Shown here in pieces: positions 38,423 to 49,411 of a stretch of 64,000 bases of DNA. Numbering within the stretch: the stretch's first letter is position 1; each line of letters opens with the position of its first letter. Origin of the DNA: Gammaproteobacteria bacterium (GTDB lineage: Bacteria > Pseudomonadota > Gammaproteobacteria > Eutrophobiales > Eutrophobiaceae). A model generated the notes under the pieces. The model was not told the DNA's origin. It ran no database searches and saw only the letters and a list, made by a program, of their open reading frames with translations. The stretch is from positions 1,952,001-2,016,000 of the forward strand of contig CBDEUK010000002.1 of the NCBI GenBank assembly GCA_965243205.1, given 5' to 3'. A program made the position numbers and the translations under genes.

Positions 38423-39807
38423 TATTGTGGTCCTATAAATTTTGCATCTTGAGTAATGGTGAGTTTTGCATCATCTTTAGCAGTTAAAGTAAACAAAACC
38501 TCAGTGCTTCGTTTAGATAGATTTTCTTCGCTTGCGCGTAAAAGAACAGGTATATCTACTACTTCACCAGAGGTTGCAAAAATATTTTTAGTATCTTGTA
38601 TCAGTTTTAAATCATTAATTCCAGAAACACTGATAGTATAAGAATGATCATGAACGTCTTTGTTGAGAACTTTTAATGTGTAAACATTTTCTATAAGACC
38701 TTTTGTCTCGCGAAATAATTGATTGCGATCTCTAATTACATCAAGCCCTATAGGATTTCGATTTAATAACATAAAACTAAACAGGCTGATTAATATAATT
38801 AATATAAGAAAATATATAATGATGCGTGGACGAATGATTTTGGAAGTTTTGCCTTCTATTTGATTTTGTGTGCTATATCGAATCAAGCCTTTTTCATAAC
38901 CTACCTTTTCCATAACGTCATCGCACACATCAATACATGATGAACAGCTTATGCATTCATATTGTAAGCCCTCACGAATATCGATTCCGGTAGGGCAAAC
39001 TTGTACACATAGAGTACAGTCAACACAATCACCTAGACCTTGTTTACGATGATCTATATCTTTTTTGCGCGAGCCTCTAGGTTCACCTCGACGTTCATCA
39101 TAAGTGACGATCAATGTGTCATCATCAAACATAGCACTCTGAAAGCGTGCATATGGACACATGTATTTGCAGACTTGTTCACGCATCCAACCCGCGTTGC
39201 CATAAGTTGCAAAACCATAAAATAAAATCCAAAAAATCTCCCAGTTCCCTAATTGAAAATATTGAGTTTTGTTAACTAATTCGTATGCGGGAGTAAAATA
39301 AGCAACAAAAGTAAAACCTGTTATTAAAGAGAATAATAACCATAAAAAATGTTTGGTTGTTTTAATGCGAAACTTGCTAAAAGACATGGGTGCTTTGTCT
39401 AGCTTCATTTGTTTATTACGATCACCTTCAACTAAACGTTCCATCCATAAAAATGTTTCAGTCCAGACCGTTTGCGGGCATGCATAACCACACCATAATC
39501 TGCCGGCTAATGCAGTGAAGAAAAATAAACTAAAAGCACATATCATTAATAGAAACGTAAGAAAAAGAAAATCTTGTGGCCAAAACACAATGCCAAAGAT
39601 ATAGAATTTTCTAGCTGGCAAATCAAATAAAATAAGTTGTTGTTCGTTCCAACTTAGCCAAGGAAAGATATAAAACATGCCAAGCAAAACGAGAACTGAT
39701 AATACTCTAAGGTTAGCAAACAATCCGTGAACTTGTCTTGGATAGACTTTTTGATGTTTTTCGTAGAGTAACTCGTTAATGTCTTGGCTTTCAGTTATTT
39801 GATTCAT
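38422..39807 (-). CDS. ccoG: cbb3 accessory protein CcoG/FixG
   Basis: WCGYACPQT, CKYMCPY, CVDCTLCVQVCP and CISCSSCIDVC motifs. Confidence 0.95.
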   Translation of the reverse strand: MNQITESQDINELLYEKHQKVYPRQVHGLFANLRVLSVLVLLGMFYIFPWLSWNEQQLILFDLPARKFYIFGIVFWPQDFLFLTFLLMICAFSLFFFTALAGRLWCGYACPQTVWTETFLWMERLVEGDRNKQMKLDKAPMSFSKFRIKTTKHFLWLLFSLITGFTFVAYFTPAYELVNKTQYFQLGNWEIFWILFYGFATYGNAGWMREQVCKYMCPYARFQSAMFDDDTLIVTYDERRGEPRGSRKKDIDHRKQGLGDCVDCTLCVQVCPTGIDIREGLQYECISCSSCIDVCDDVMEKVGYEKGLIRYSTQNQIEGKTSKIIRPRIIIYFLILIILISLFSFMLLNRNPIGLDVIRDRNQLFRETKGLIENVYTLKVLNKDVHDHSYTISVSGINDLKLIQDTKNIFATSGEVVDIPVLLRASEENLSKRSTEVLFTLTAKDDAKLTITQDAKFIGPQ

Positions 39808-39837
39808 CTTTATTAATTTATTGATGTGGTATGTTGG

Positions 39838-40092
39838 TTATTTAGATTTTAAAAATAAATAGCTGATATAAGCACTGCTGAAAGAAAAAGACCAGAGTAC
39901 AAAAAAACCGATGCTATATATCGTAGTTCTATCGTAATTAAGTACACCAACTGACTCGCTCAGTATCTCTGGATCAATAAGACTGAATGATATGCCTGTT
40001 GCGATAATGGAAAGTAGAAACGATATCCATAAAATAATGGATATCGTTTGCCATTTGTTAGGAGAGTTTTTTAATTTTGCTATAATTAACAT
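39838..40092 (-). CDS. Small two-TM protein in the cco operon
   Basis: ILW.SFL...FSLIDP...YSIGFFVLW; co-oriented between ccoP and ccoG. Confidence 0.65.
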   Translation of the reverse strand: MLIIAKLKNSPNKWQTISIILWISFLLSIIATGISFSLIDPEILSESVGVLNYDRTTIYSIGFFVLWSFSFSSAYISYLFLKSK

Positions 40093-40096
40093 TTAG

Positions 40097-41020
40097 TTAT
40101 TCTGCCGAGTCATTTGCATTGATCGCAAAACCATATATATAAGCAGCTAATAAATGCACTTTGTCTTCACCTAAGAAATCGGCGTGTGGAGGCATATTAC
40201 CATTACGTCCTATTTCTATAGACTCATGAATCTTTTGATTAGAACCACCGTATAACCAAATGTCATCGGTTAGGTTTGGCGCACCAATTTGTTGATTACC
40301 TTTACCATCAGCAGCATGACAAGCAACGCAGTTGGTTTCATAGATAGTTTTGCCTGCTGCTGCTACGTCGGGTTCAACTTCTCTTCCCGCAAGTTGTTTA
40401 ACATAGGCTGCAACATTAAAAACATTTTCATAGCCAAGTATCTCGCCCCAAGCTGGCATAACGCCATTTCGTCCATGCATAATAGTTGTCTTAATTTGTT
40501 CAGGGTCTTTGCCATAAAGCCAATCATTATCTCTTAAGTTGGGATAACCGCGTGCGCCACGTGCATCAGAACCATGACAAGTAGTACAGTAAGTTGAGAA
40601 TAATCGTGCGCCTATCGTTAATGCTTGTTCATCATTAACTAAGCTTGCAATATCTTGTGATGCATACTTTGCATAGATAGGACCGTATTTTTCATCCGCT
40701 TGTTTAATTTCAGCGTTATATTGTTCTATGTTGCTTGATTTTAATAAACCTTCATAAGCTCCAAGTCCAGGAAAAAAAATTAAATAACCTAAGCCCCAGA
40801 CACAGGTGATATAAAACATATTTAACCACCATTTAGGCAAAGGATTATTATATTCTTCAAGATTGCCGTCCCAGACATGACCCATGGTTTCAACTTTATC
40901 ATCCTTTGATGATTTTTTTCTATGTGACAATACCCAGGCCAAGTACATTACACAGAGAATACCTATGATAGTAATAATCCCGATAACCCAGCTAAATAAT
41001 GGGTGAGTGAAATCAGCCAT
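40097..41020 (-). CDS. ccoP: cbb3 cytochrome c oxidase subunit III
   Basis: GHVWDG, NPLPKWW, CTTCH and CVACH motifs. Confidence 0.96.
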   Translation of the reverse strand: MADFTHPLFSWVIGIITIIGILCVMYLAWVLSHRKKSSKDDKVETMGHVWDGNLEEYNNPLPKWWLNMFYITCVWGLGYLIFFPGLGAYEGLLKSSNIEQYNAEIKQADEKYGPIYAKYASQDIASLVNDEQALTIGARLFSTYCTTCHGSDARGARGYPNLRDNDWLYGKDPEQIKTTIMHGRNGVMPAWGEILGYENVFNVAAYVKQLAGREVEPDVAAAGKTIYETNCVACHAADGKGNQQIGAPNLTDDIWLYGGSNQKIHESIEIGRNGNMPPHADFLGEDKVHLLAAYIYGFAINANDSAE

Positions 41021-41183
41021 GGTTTATCTCCTGTGTATTGTCTGAATGATTATCAGATTCTTCTGTAAATGGAATGCGTGCTGCAGCGTCTAAATCTTTT
41101 TTATTAGCAAAAATTGCATACAGAATGACACCAATAAAAAATACAAATACCAACACAGTCCAAAGTGATAATAAAATACTCAT
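41013..41183 (-). CDS. ccoQ: cbb3 oxidase subunit CcoQ (56 aa, absent from the ORF track)
   Basis: Hand-translated MSILLSLWTVLVFVFFIGVILYAIFANKKDLDAAARIPF...; between ccoO and ccoP; SD GAGGGG. Confidence 0.88.
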   Translation of the reverse strand: MSILLSLWTVLVFVFFIGVILYAIFANKKDLDAAARIPFTEESDNHSDNTQEINHG

Positions 41184-41197
41184 AAGCTTCCCCTCAT

Positions 41198-41812
41198 TTA
41201 ACGGCGTGTTTTAATTGAGGTGCCTAGCTTTTGTAGGTAAGCAACCATCGCGTCTAATTCTGTTTTACCTTCTAGTGATTTAGCCGCTTTACTAATTTCT
41301 TCATCACTATAAGGCGCACCTAAATCTCTTAACACCGTCATTTTGGTTTCTATATCATCAGTCTCTAAGAATGTTGTTTCTAACCATGGATAACCTGGCA
41401 TGATCGATTCAGGTACAACATCTCTTGGATTAATAAGATGAACACGATGCCAGTCATCACTATAACGACCACCAACACGATGCAGGTCTGGCCCCGTACG
41501 TTTAGAACCCCATTGAAATGGACGGTCATATACAAACTCGCCAGCTAATGAATAATGTCCATAGCGTTCTGTTTCAGCTCGGAATGGTCTGATCATTTGC
41601 GAGTGGCATGTATAACAACCTTCTCTTACATAAATATCTCGACCAGTTAGTTCTAAAGCTGAATAAGGTTTGAGTCCTTCAACTGGTTCAGTGGTAGTTT
41701 GTTGAAAGAACAAAGGAATGATTTGAACCAGGCCGCCAATACTGATGACGACTAAAATGCTAATCATTAATAAGCCAATGTTCTTTTCAAAGATTTCATG
41801 TTTTAAACTCAT
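41198..41812 (-). CDS. ccoO: cbb3 cytochrome c oxidase subunit II
   Basis: [13 protein letters not shown] and [10 protein letters not shown] motifs. Confidence 0.97.
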   Translation of the reverse strand: MSLKHEIFEKNIGLLMISILVVISIGGLVQIIPLFFQQTTTEPVEGLKPYSALELTGRDIYVREGCYTCHSQMIRPFRAETERYGHYSLAGEFVYDRPFQWGSKRTGPDLHRVGGRYSDDWHRVHLINPRDVVPESIMPGYPWLETTFLETDDIETKMTVLRDLGAPYSDEEISKAAKSLEGKTELDAMVAYLQKLGTSIKTRR

Positions 41813-41823
41813 AATGATTCTCC

Positions 41824-43245
41824 TTAGTGTGCTGCAGCCGGTAATGGAATTTGAGCTGTTACTGGTTTACTTCCGGCAACAGTTTTCCAAAGGTTATAAG
41901 CCATCACTAAACTTCCAACTAAGAACAACAAACCACCTAAGAAACGAATGATGTAAAAAGGATGCATAGCTTCAACAGACTCAACAAAGCTGTAGGTTAA
42001 GGTCCCGTCATCATTGACTGCACGCCACATCAAGCCTTGCATGATGCCTGATACCCACATTGCAGTGATGTACAAAACGATACCTAAGGTTGAAACCCAA
42101 AAATGTACTTCCACTAATTTAGTACTGAATAATTCGCGTCCATATAAACGTGGAATGAGATAGTACATCGCGGCTTGTGAGATAAACGCTACCCAACCTA
42201 AAGCACCTGAATGTACATGGCCTATGGTCCAATCTGTGTAATGTGATAAGGCATTAACCGTTTTAATCGACATCATTGGACCTTCAAAGGTAGACATACC
42301 ATAAAACGAAATCGATACGATCATTAAACGTAGGACGGGGTCGGTTCTTAATTTATGCCAGGCACCAGATAAAGTCATAATACCGTTGATCATTCCACCC
42401 CATGAAGGTGCTAATAAAATAATAGACATCACCATGCCTAGTGATTGAGTCCAATCAGGTAAGGCTGTGTAATGAAGATGATGAGGACCGGCCCAGATAT
42501 AAGTAAAAATCAATGCCCAGAAGTGAACAATGGATAAACGATAAGAATAAACTGGTCGGTCAGCTTGTTTAGGAACAAAGTAATACATCATCCCTAAAAA
42601 ACCTGCGGTTAAAAAGAAACCTACTGCATTATGACCATACCACCATTGAACCATAGCATCTTGAACACCAGCATAGACCGAATAAGATTTGGTTAATGAA
42701 ACAGGTATAGCAAGATTGTTAAAGATATGTAAAACAGCAATCGTGATAATGAAAGCAGCGAAGAACCAGTTAGCTACGTATATATGTTTTACTTTACGAT
42801 TCGCTATGGTCATAAAGTAATTGATTGCGTAAGCAACCCAGACGATAGTAATTAAAATATCAATTGGCCATTCTAGTTCTGCGTATTCTTTTGAAGAAGT
42901 AATACCTAAAGGTAATGAGATTGCTGCTAATAGAATAACCAGCTGCCAACCCCAGAAAGTGAATGCAGATAATTTATCGCTATAAAGTCGTACATGACAA
43001 GTGCGTTGTACAATGTAATAAGACGATGCAAATAATGCACATCCGCCAAAGGCAAAGATAACAGCATTAGTATGTAATGGTCTTAGTCGACCAAATGTAA
43101 GCCATGCGGTATCAAAATTTAATGCAGGCCAAGCTAATTGCCCAGCGATTAATACACCAACTAACATTCCAACAATGCCCCAGACAACAGTCATGATGGC
43201 AAACTGTCGTACAACGGTATAGTTGTAAGTATTCGTGTCAGTCAC
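41824..43245 (-). CDS. ccoN: cbb3 cytochrome c oxidase subunit I
   Basis: [20 protein letters not shown] and HVHSG motifs. Confidence 0.97.
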   Translation of the reverse strand: MTDTNTYNYTVVRQFAIMTVVWGIVGMLVGVLIAGQLAWPALNFDTAWLTFGRLRPLHTNAVIFAFGGCALFASSYYIVQRTCHVRLYSDKLSAFTFWGWQLVILLAAISLPLGITSSKEYAELEWPIDILITIVWVAYAINYFMTIANRKVKHIYVANWFFAAFIITIAVLHIFNNLAIPVSLTKSYSVYAGVQDAMVQWWYGHNAVGFFLTAGFLGMMYYFVPKQADRPVYSYRLSIVHFWALIFTYIWAGPHHLHYTALPDWTQSLGMVMSIILLAPSWGGMINGIMTLSGAWHKLRTDPVLRLMIVSISFYGMSTFEGPMMSIKTVNALSHYTDWTIGHVHSGALGWVAFISQAAMYYLIPRLYGRELFSTKLVEVHFWVSTLGIVLYITAMWVSGIMQGLMWRAVNDDGTLTYSFVESVEAMHPFYIIRFLGGLLFLVGSLVMAYNLWKTVAGSKPVTAQIPLPAAAH

Positions 43246-43298
43246 ACTGATTCTCCTATACTATTTTTTATTAACCGTAAAAAAAGTTGGTATCGATA

Positions 43299-43994
43299 TC
43301 AGAAACGAGTTCCGATACCAATACCAACTACCCAGGGGTCAATGTCGACATCGACCTGTAAATCACCTAAAGCAGTGTCTAGAGTCGCAGTCGTATCTAC
43401 ATCGATGTATTTAATATCTAAATTAAGAAAGAAGTTTTTAGTGATGTCATAATCAACACCTGCTTGTAGTGACCAACCCCATTCATTCGTTGTACTAACA
43501 TGTACAGGGCCAACAGCAGATTCGAGTTGTCCTGTTGCATTATCATCGGTTAAGAATGTGTAGTTAACTCCAGCACCGACATAAGGACGGATGTTATTGT
43601 CAGGCATAAAGTGATATTGCAATGATAAGGTCGGTGGTATTACCCAAGAGTCGAAGATATCAAAACCATCAGTTAAACCGAGTCCTGATAAAGCAGGCCC
43701 AGGACCATTTAGAGAAACAGTATGTTGAGCCGTGCCAGCAATAGCTTCGATACCAATGTGTTTGGTAAGCATATAGGTAATGTCAATTTCTGGTGTATAC
43801 GCGTCGTCAACACCAACACCACTGCCTGCTAAGTCGGTACCGTTTAATCTAATTAAACCACTATCGTCATTTGGGATAATGCCGATGGCTCGCAAGCGAA
43901 CAATCCAGTCACCTTGTTCTGCGTTTGCAGAAAAAGACATCAAATTTCCGAGCGTTAATAGAACGAGTAAATATAAAGTTTTCCTATTGATCAT
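43299..43994 (-). CDS. ompW: OmpW family outer membrane protein
   Basis: GDWIVRLR, PPTL.LQYHF, RPYVGAGVNY, IDPWV and terminal Phe. Confidence 0.9.
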   Translation of the reverse strand: MINRKTLYLLVLLTLGNLMSFSANAEQGDWIVRLRAIGIIPNDDSGLIRLNGTDLAGSGVGVDDAYTPEIDITYMLTKHIGIEAIAGTAQHTVSLNGPGPALSGLGLTDGFDIFDSWVIPPTLSLQYHFMPDNNIRPYVGAGVNYTFLTDDNATGQLESAVGPVHVSTTNEWGWSLQAGVDYDITKNFFLNLDIKYIDVDTTATLDTALGDLQVDVDIDPWVVGIGIGTRF

Positions 43995-44035
43995 AAGATT
44001 TTACCTATTTTTTGTATTAATAATTCTTGTTAAAT

Positions 44036-44431
44036 TTATTCGGATTGATTTTTTATTGTGTTTTTATACTGTTTAAAATTATTTTGATTAGGGCATAAAT
44101 TAAGAACACTATGATGTATAAGGTTTTCAATATTCTCCGTTTTTTGTAGTTCGGAGACGCATTCTTCATTCAAATGAAATTGGCAGGTTTCGCAAGTTTG
44201 TACTTGTTTCTCAATATCATAAGTTTGATGATGATTGATATAATCTTGTTGATGGATTTCTTGTTTTTTTAAAAATAAAGAGAAAGGCAAAGAATTAACT
44301 CTTCTCAGAAACGAATCAATTCGTTGTTGTCCAAATTTATAATTATTTGAAATATTTAAGATGAGGCTGTAAGCCAAAGCTATTACGGCTAACGCAATAA
44401 AAGATATAATAAATATTGTTATGGTGTTCAT
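44036..44431 (-). CDS. Membrane-anchored Cys-rich hypothetical protein (DUF6455-like C-terminus)
   Basis: N-terminal TM; CETC-x7-C...CPN; directly behind FNR boxes. Confidence 0.65.
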   Translation of the reverse strand: MNTITIFIISFIALAVIALAYSLILNISNNYKFGQQRIDSFLRRVNSLPFSLFLKKQEIHQQDYINHHQTYDIEKQVQTCETCQFHLNEECVSELQKTENIENLIHHSVLNLCPNQNNFKQYKNTIKNQSE

Positions 44432-44481
44432 TTGTCATTCCACATTTTTTGCTAGTTTTGCATAGGAATGAATATATGGAT

Positions 44482-44495
44482 TTGATCTCGATCAA
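44482..44495. promoter_or_regulatory. FNR box
   Basis: TTGAT-CTCG-ATCAA, perfect consensus. Confidence 0.88.
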
Positions 44496-44522
44496 TTTAA
44501 AAAAGCTTTGTAAATTGATTAA

Positions 44523-44536
44523 TTGATCTAGATCAA
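44523..44536. promoter_or_regulatory. FNR box (second, overlapping the hemN stop)
   Basis: TTGAT-CTAG-ATCAA, perfect consensus. Confidence 0.8.
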
Positions 44537-45927
44537 GTTTGTGACGAAAAAACGCCGAAGTATTGATTGCGATTATGATTATGCTTGTCGAAAACAGAGC
44601 AAATATTTCTGATTAGAAAACGTCCAGTTTTGGTGATTTCAATAGATTTGGGGTTTAAAATAACCAATTCATCGTTTTGTATCTCATTGAGTTCGATTAA
44701 TTCGTTATAAAAATAATCCTCAAAATTAATATGATATATGTTTTCTATATCTTCAAATTGAAGTCTGAAATTACATATTAGATCCATAATAATATGTCTT
44801 CGTAATGAGTCATCTAAATCAAGCTTGTATCCATGTTTAATTGGTAATTTATTTTGATCCAAATATTTATAGTATTGTTCTATATCCGAATAGTTTTGAG
44901 AATAGCTATCAGCTAATTTACTGATAGAAGAGACACCAATACCTAGCTGGTCACATTCTGTATTAGTGGTATAACCTTGAAAATTTCTTTGTAAAGTTCC
45001 TTGTTGTTGTGCTAAAAAAAGACTGTCTGATGGTTTTGCAAAATGGTCCATGCCGATATAGCGATAGCCAGCAGAGGTTAGTTTTTCTATCGCAACATTA
45101 AATAATTCAATTTTTATCTTGGAACTGGGTAAATCTTGTTCATTAATTTGTCTTTGCGTTTTGAAGATATTAGGTAAATGCGCATAGTGATAAATCGCTA
45201 AACGGTCCGGATTCATTTGAATCACATAATCTAGTGTATTAGAAAAGCTTTTTATCGTTTGATTCGGTAGCCCATAGATTAAATCAAGATTGATAGATTT
45301 AAATTTATTGAATCTAGCTTCGGATACTAATTTTTCAGTTAATTCGATGGGTTGAATCCGGTTGACCGCTTGTTGTACATTACTATCGATATCTTGCACA
45401 CCAATGCTAATGCGATTAAAACCAAGTAGGCGTAATTTTTCTAAACTATGATTTCCCATTTGCCTGGGGTCTAATTCAATCGAATAATCCCTGTTTTCTT
45501 TTTCTGTAAATTTAAAATTTTTTCTAAGTTTAAGTATTAATTGAACAAGTTGTTCAGTATCAAAATAAGTCGGTGTTCCTCCACCAAGATGAAATTGTTC
45601 TACAATTCTGTCGGGATCGAATAAGTTACTTAATAGGTCAATTTCTTTTTCAAGATAATTTAAGTATTTAGCAGCACGATCTTTATTAGCTGTAATGATT
45701 TTATTACATGCACAATAGAAACAAACTTTTTCACAAAAAGGTACATGTATATAAAGAGATAATGGCTTAGGTAATAAATCTTCATTTGTTTGACTGGCAA
45801 TTGAACGAAAATGTCTCTCAGTAAAATTATTGTGAAATTGTTTTACGGTAGGATATGAAGTATAGCGTGGACCATAATTCCCATATTTTTCAAGTAATAA
45901 TGTGTTTGGAATAGATGTTTGTATCAT
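44533..45927 (-). CDS. hemN: Oxygen-independent coproporphyrinogen III oxidase
   Basis: GPRYTSYPT, CEKVCFYCAC, GMDHFA and RNFQGY motifs. Confidence 0.95.
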   Translation of the reverse strand: MIQTSIPNTLLLEKYGNYGPRYTSYPTVKQFHNNFTERHFRSIASQTNEDLLPKPLSLYIHVPFCEKVCFYCACNKIITANKDRAAKYLNYLEKEIDLLSNLFDPDRIVEQFHLGGGTPTYFDTEQLVQLILKLRKNFKFTEKENRDYSIELDPRQMGNHSLEKLRLLGFNRISIGVQDIDSNVQQAVNRIQPIELTEKLVSEARFNKFKSINLDLIYGLPNQTIKSFSNTLDYVIQMNPDRLAIYHYAHLPNIFKTQRQINEQDLPSSKIKIELFNVAIEKLTSAGYRYIGMDHFAKPSDSLFLAQQQGTLQRNFQGYTTNTECDQLGIGVSSISKLADSYSQNYSDIEQYYKYLDQNKLPIKHGYKLDLDDSLRRHIIMDLICNFRLQFEDIENIYHINFEDYFYNELIELNEIQNDELVILNPKSIEITKTGRFLIRNICSVFDKHNHNRNQYFGVFSSQT

Positions 45928-45985
45928 GGATATCAGCTATTTTTTCAATAGCATAAGACAGTAATTCAGAATAGGTTTTATTTTT

Positions 45986-45999
45986 ATGATCTAGATCAA
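45986..45999. promoter_or_regulatory. FNR-like box between divergent hemN and ccoI
   Basis: ATGAT-CTAG-ATCAA, one mismatch. Confidence 0.7.
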
Positions 46000-46066
46000 T
46001 TAATGATCAGAAAGCTGAATTAAACTTAGATTTGATTAGCTTATAAATTAATGAAAAATAAAATCA

Positions 46067-48547
46067 ATGTCATCCACAATTCAATCATTAAATTTATCAG
46101 AACAACAGTCACAGCTTGATTGTTATCATTGTGGTGAAGAAGTGAATGATTTGAATATAGTATATTCAACAATTAATGATGTTGAGCAAAAGTTTTGCTG
46201 TTTAGGTTGTTCTGCTGTGGCTGAAACTATTATGGAATTAGGGTTCGGTGATTATTATATTAAACGAACTGAAAAAGGAGTTCGTCCTGATTCAATAGTT
46301 CCTGAAGAGATTAATGGTTCAGAAATTTATAACCAACTAAATATTCAGAAGCTTGCTTGTGATGAAGTCGATGAAAATTCGTTAGAAACAGAATTGATTA
46401 TTAGAGGAATTACTTGTCCTGCCTGTAGTTGGTTATGTGAAAATAGATTGTCGTCTTTAGAAGGGATACAAAGAATAGATGTAAACTATTCAAATCATCG
46501 AGCTAAAGTTCGTTGGAATAAACAAAAAATTAATTTATCTAATATCATGCAAGCAATACGTGATATTGGTTATGAAGCAAAGCTATACAATAAACACAGC
46601 GAAACTCAACATAGAGAAGAAGAACGTAAACATCAATTACAATCGTTAGGACTAACTGCCGTACTAGGAATGCAAGTCATGATGATTTCAATAGCCTTGT
46701 ATTTCGGAAAAAATACCTCAATGGATATAACGTTTATAAATTTATTCCATTGGGTTAATTTAGTTCTTACTACACCAATTTTATTCATATCGGGAAAAAC
46801 ATTTTTTAAGAATGCATTACGTGATTTAAAAATTAGTACGGTCAGTATGGACCTTGCGGTTTCTTTAGGTCTTGCTTTGGCATATATCGCTAGTGTGTAT
46901 GCTACAGTTATAGGTCAAGGTGAGATCTATTTTGATACTATAGTGATGTTCATCTTTTTCTTATCGGCAAGTCGATATATTGAATTTATGTTACGGCAAA
47001 AATCTTTATATCAAACACAATCTTCAGAATTAGCTTTGCCAATAGTCGCGAGACAAATAATTTTTGATTCTGAAACGAGTCATGAAAAAATGATTTCTGC
47101 AGTCGATTTACAAAAAGGAGATATTATATTAATTAAACCAGGTGAGACGATTCCCGCAGATGGTGCCCTGTTAGAAGGCGTATCTCATGTCAATGAAGCG
47201 ATGTTAACGGGTGAGCAAAAACCGATCTTTAAGCAAAAAAATGCTAAAGTCATTGCAGGTTCTATTAATATCGACTCACCAATAAAAATCAGTGTAAAGT
47301 CAAGTGGAGATGAAACTGTATTAGCTTCGATTAATAAATTAATCGAACATGCACAATATGAAAAACCTACTTTGACACGATTCAGTGATAAGATTGCGGG
47401 TTATTTTATAAGCGCCGTTATTATTATCGCAGTAAGCACAATTCTTATTTCTGGAATTAATAATGTTGAAATTTGGTTAGACAGAGTAATCGCCGTTTTA
47501 ATTGTTAGTTGTCCTTGTGCTTTATCATTAGCAATGCCGAGTGTTTATTCAGCTGCAATCGGACGTTTGAGTCGAGAAGGAATTATTTTTAAAAATATAG
47601 ATCGTTTATTAGTTATTCCAAATATTAAACATTTTATTTTTGATAAAACGGGGACATGTACGCAAGGAAAATTTAAAGTTGCTTCTATTAAAACATATGC
47701 TGGTTTAGATAAGAACTATTGTCTTGCAGTAACATCTGCTATAGAAAAATATTCAGAGCATCCAATTGCCTCGGCTTTTCAAGATTATGACACTCAAAAC
47801 ATTAATATAAGTAAAATACATAATTATCCAGGAGAAGGGTTATCTGCAAAATTGAAAAATAATAAAGAAATTGTTTATCTTGGAAATATTGAATTCATAA
47901 AAAAATATTGTTCTTTTGATATTGTTTCTACCAATCAGAATTCTAATTATCATAGTACTTATATATATCTTGCAGCTGAAAATTATCTGTTAGCCTCGAT
48001 AGAATTAGCTGATTTACCACGAGATAATATTGAATTACTAATTAATTATTTAACCAATAAAGGAGCTAAAAAATATTTGTGTAGTGGTGATAATCTAAAG
48101 CCTACACAATATTTATCAGATAAATTAGGTTTTGATGAGTTTTATGCACGGATGTTACCTAAGGATAAATTAATGTTTATCGAAGGTTTGCAAAATGAAA
48201 ATAAGAGAGTCGCAATGATAGGAGACGGTATAAATGATGCTCCTACTTTATCAAGATCCGACGTTTCTTTTGCGATTTCCGAGGGTTCTGATCTTGCTCA
48301 ATTAGAAGCAGATGCAGTTATCTTGAATAAAGATATGTTATCACTTGTAAAATGTATAGAAATAGCGCAATCATGTAAAAAAATAATCAAACAAAATATT
48401 ATATGGGCTTTGTCTTATAATATTATTGCTTTGCCAATTGCTGTGAATGGCATGTTAGCACCTTGGATGGCGGCAATTGGTATGTCTCTGAGCTCTTTAT
48501 TGGTTATATTAAATGCAGATAGAATTCGACGTTTGAAGCTTCAATGA
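46067..48547 (+). CDS. ccoI: Cu-translocating P1B ATPase CcoI/FixI
   Basis: CYHC, FCC.GC, CPAC, TGE, CPC, DKTGT, SEHP and GDGIND motifs. Confidence 0.92.
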   Translation: MSSTIQSLNLSEQQSQLDCYHCGEEVNDLNIVYSTINDVEQKFCCLGCSAVAETIMELGFGDYYIKRTEKGVRPDSIVPEEINGSEIYNQLNIQKLACDEVDENSLETELIIRGITCPACSWLCENRLSSLEGIQRIDVNYSNHRAKVRWNKQKINLSNIMQAIRDIGYEAKLYNKHSETQHREEERKHQLQSLGLTAVLGMQVMMISIALYFGKNTSMDITFINLFHWVNLVLTTPILFISGKTFFKNALRDLKISTVSMDLAVSLGLALAYIASVYATVIGQGEIYFDTIVMFIFFLSASRYIEFMLRQKSLYQTQSSELALPIVARQIIFDSETSHEKMISAVDLQKGDIILIKPGETIPADGALLEGVSHVNEAMLTGEQKPIFKQKNAKVIAGSINIDSPIKISVKSSGDETVLASINKLIEHAQYEKPTLTRFSDKIAGYFISAVIIIAVSTILISGINNVEIWLDRVIAVLIVSCPCALSLAMPSVYSAAIGRLSREGIIFKNIDRLLVIPNIKHFIFDKTGTCTQGKFKVASIKTYAGLDKNYCLAVTSAIEKYSEHPIASAFQDYDTQNINISKIHNYPGEGLSAKLKNNKEIVYLGNIEFIKKYCSFDIVSTNQNSNYHSTYIYLAAENYLLASIELADLPRDNIELLINYLTNKGAKKYLCSGDNLKPTQYLSDKLGFDEFYARMLPKDKLMFIEGLQNENKRVAMIGDGINDAPTLSRSDVSFAISEGSDLAQLEADAVILNKDMLSLVKCIEIAQSCKKIIKQNIIWALSYNIIALPIAVNGMLAPWMAAIGMSLSSLLVILNADRIRRLKLQ

Positions 48548-48738
48548 ATATTGTATTTTTATTACTAATCGTTTCTTTTTCGCTAGTTATGATCATAGCG
48601 TTAATTTTTTTATGGACAGTAAACAGCGGACAATATGATGATTTGGATTCCCCTTCATTTGATCTGATTCAAGATAATGATCGGATTAATGATGGTGATG
48701 TGAGTGTCCAGAATCTACATGATGCCAAAAACCAGTAA
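48544..48738 (+). CDS. ccoS: cbb3 maturation protein CcoS/FixS
   Basis: FLW.V.SGQYDDLD motif. Confidence 0.9.
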   Translation: MNIVFLLLIVSFSLVMIIALIFLWTVNSGQYDDLDSPSFDLIQDNDRINDGDVSVQNLHDAKNQ

Positions 48739-49393
48739 TAGGTAATAATGCTATTACTATTAACACAATTGCAGAGAAATATTTAAAAGCAGGTTTGCTT
48801 AGGCTATTTTTCAAAAAACTTCCACCAATAGATGTGGTTATCATTCCAGGTAAAGTACCTAAGCCGAATGCCAGCATATAGAACATACTATTGATAGCAT
48901 TACCGCTGACCATTGCTAGCATTAGAATAGAATACACCATCCCACAAGGTAACCAACCCCAGATTAGTCCGAGGCAAAAATAATCTAATACTGATTTTGC
49001 AGGTAAGATCCATTTCAATAATTGTTGTAAAGGTTGCCATATCGCATATGTCATTTTTTCTAAATAACTGAGAAAAGACAACCAGCCTAATATATTAAGT
49101 GCGATAATAATAAGGATAATAGACGATAAAATTTGTAAGAAACTATGGCCGCCTTGAAATATACTATTAACACCAAACTGACTGATTATTCCTGCTAACA
49201 AGCCAATCATGGTATAACTGAATATTCTTCCAAAGTTATAAATAAATGCTATTTTAAGTTCAGATTTTTTATTATTTTTCTTTTCGGATTGCAGTGTTAA
49301 AAGAGTACTGATACCACCACACATTCCAAAACAATGTAAGGTGCTCATTAAGCCAATAATAAAACAGGCTAGAACAGAAAGTTCTTGTTGCAT
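48686..49393 (-). CDS. DsbD_2/TauE-like membrane protein of cco clusters, with His-rich tail
   Basis: HC.GMCGG, YNFGR..SY, WGWLPCG.VY, FGLGTLP; ends HSHHHH. Confidence 0.85.
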   Translation of the reverse strand: MQQELSVLACFIIGLMSTLHCFGMCGGISTLLTLQSEKKNNKKSELKIAFIYNFGRIFSYTMIGLLAGIISQFGVNSIFQGGHSFLQILSSIILIIIALNILGWLSFLSYLEKMTYAIWQPLQQLLKWILPAKSVLDYFCLGLIWGWLPCGMVYSILMLAMVSGNAINSMFYMLAFGLGTLPGMITTSIGGSFLKNSLSKPAFKYFSAIVLIVIALLPITGFWHHVDSGHSHHHH

Positions 49394-49411
49394 GTATGTG
49401 TAATTTAATTA

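Noticed and set aside
23270-45927. Two hemN-like genes as a duplication
   Set aside because: They are the ordinary distinct paralogs HemW (HNINYW) and HemN (GPRYTSYPT, RNFQGY)
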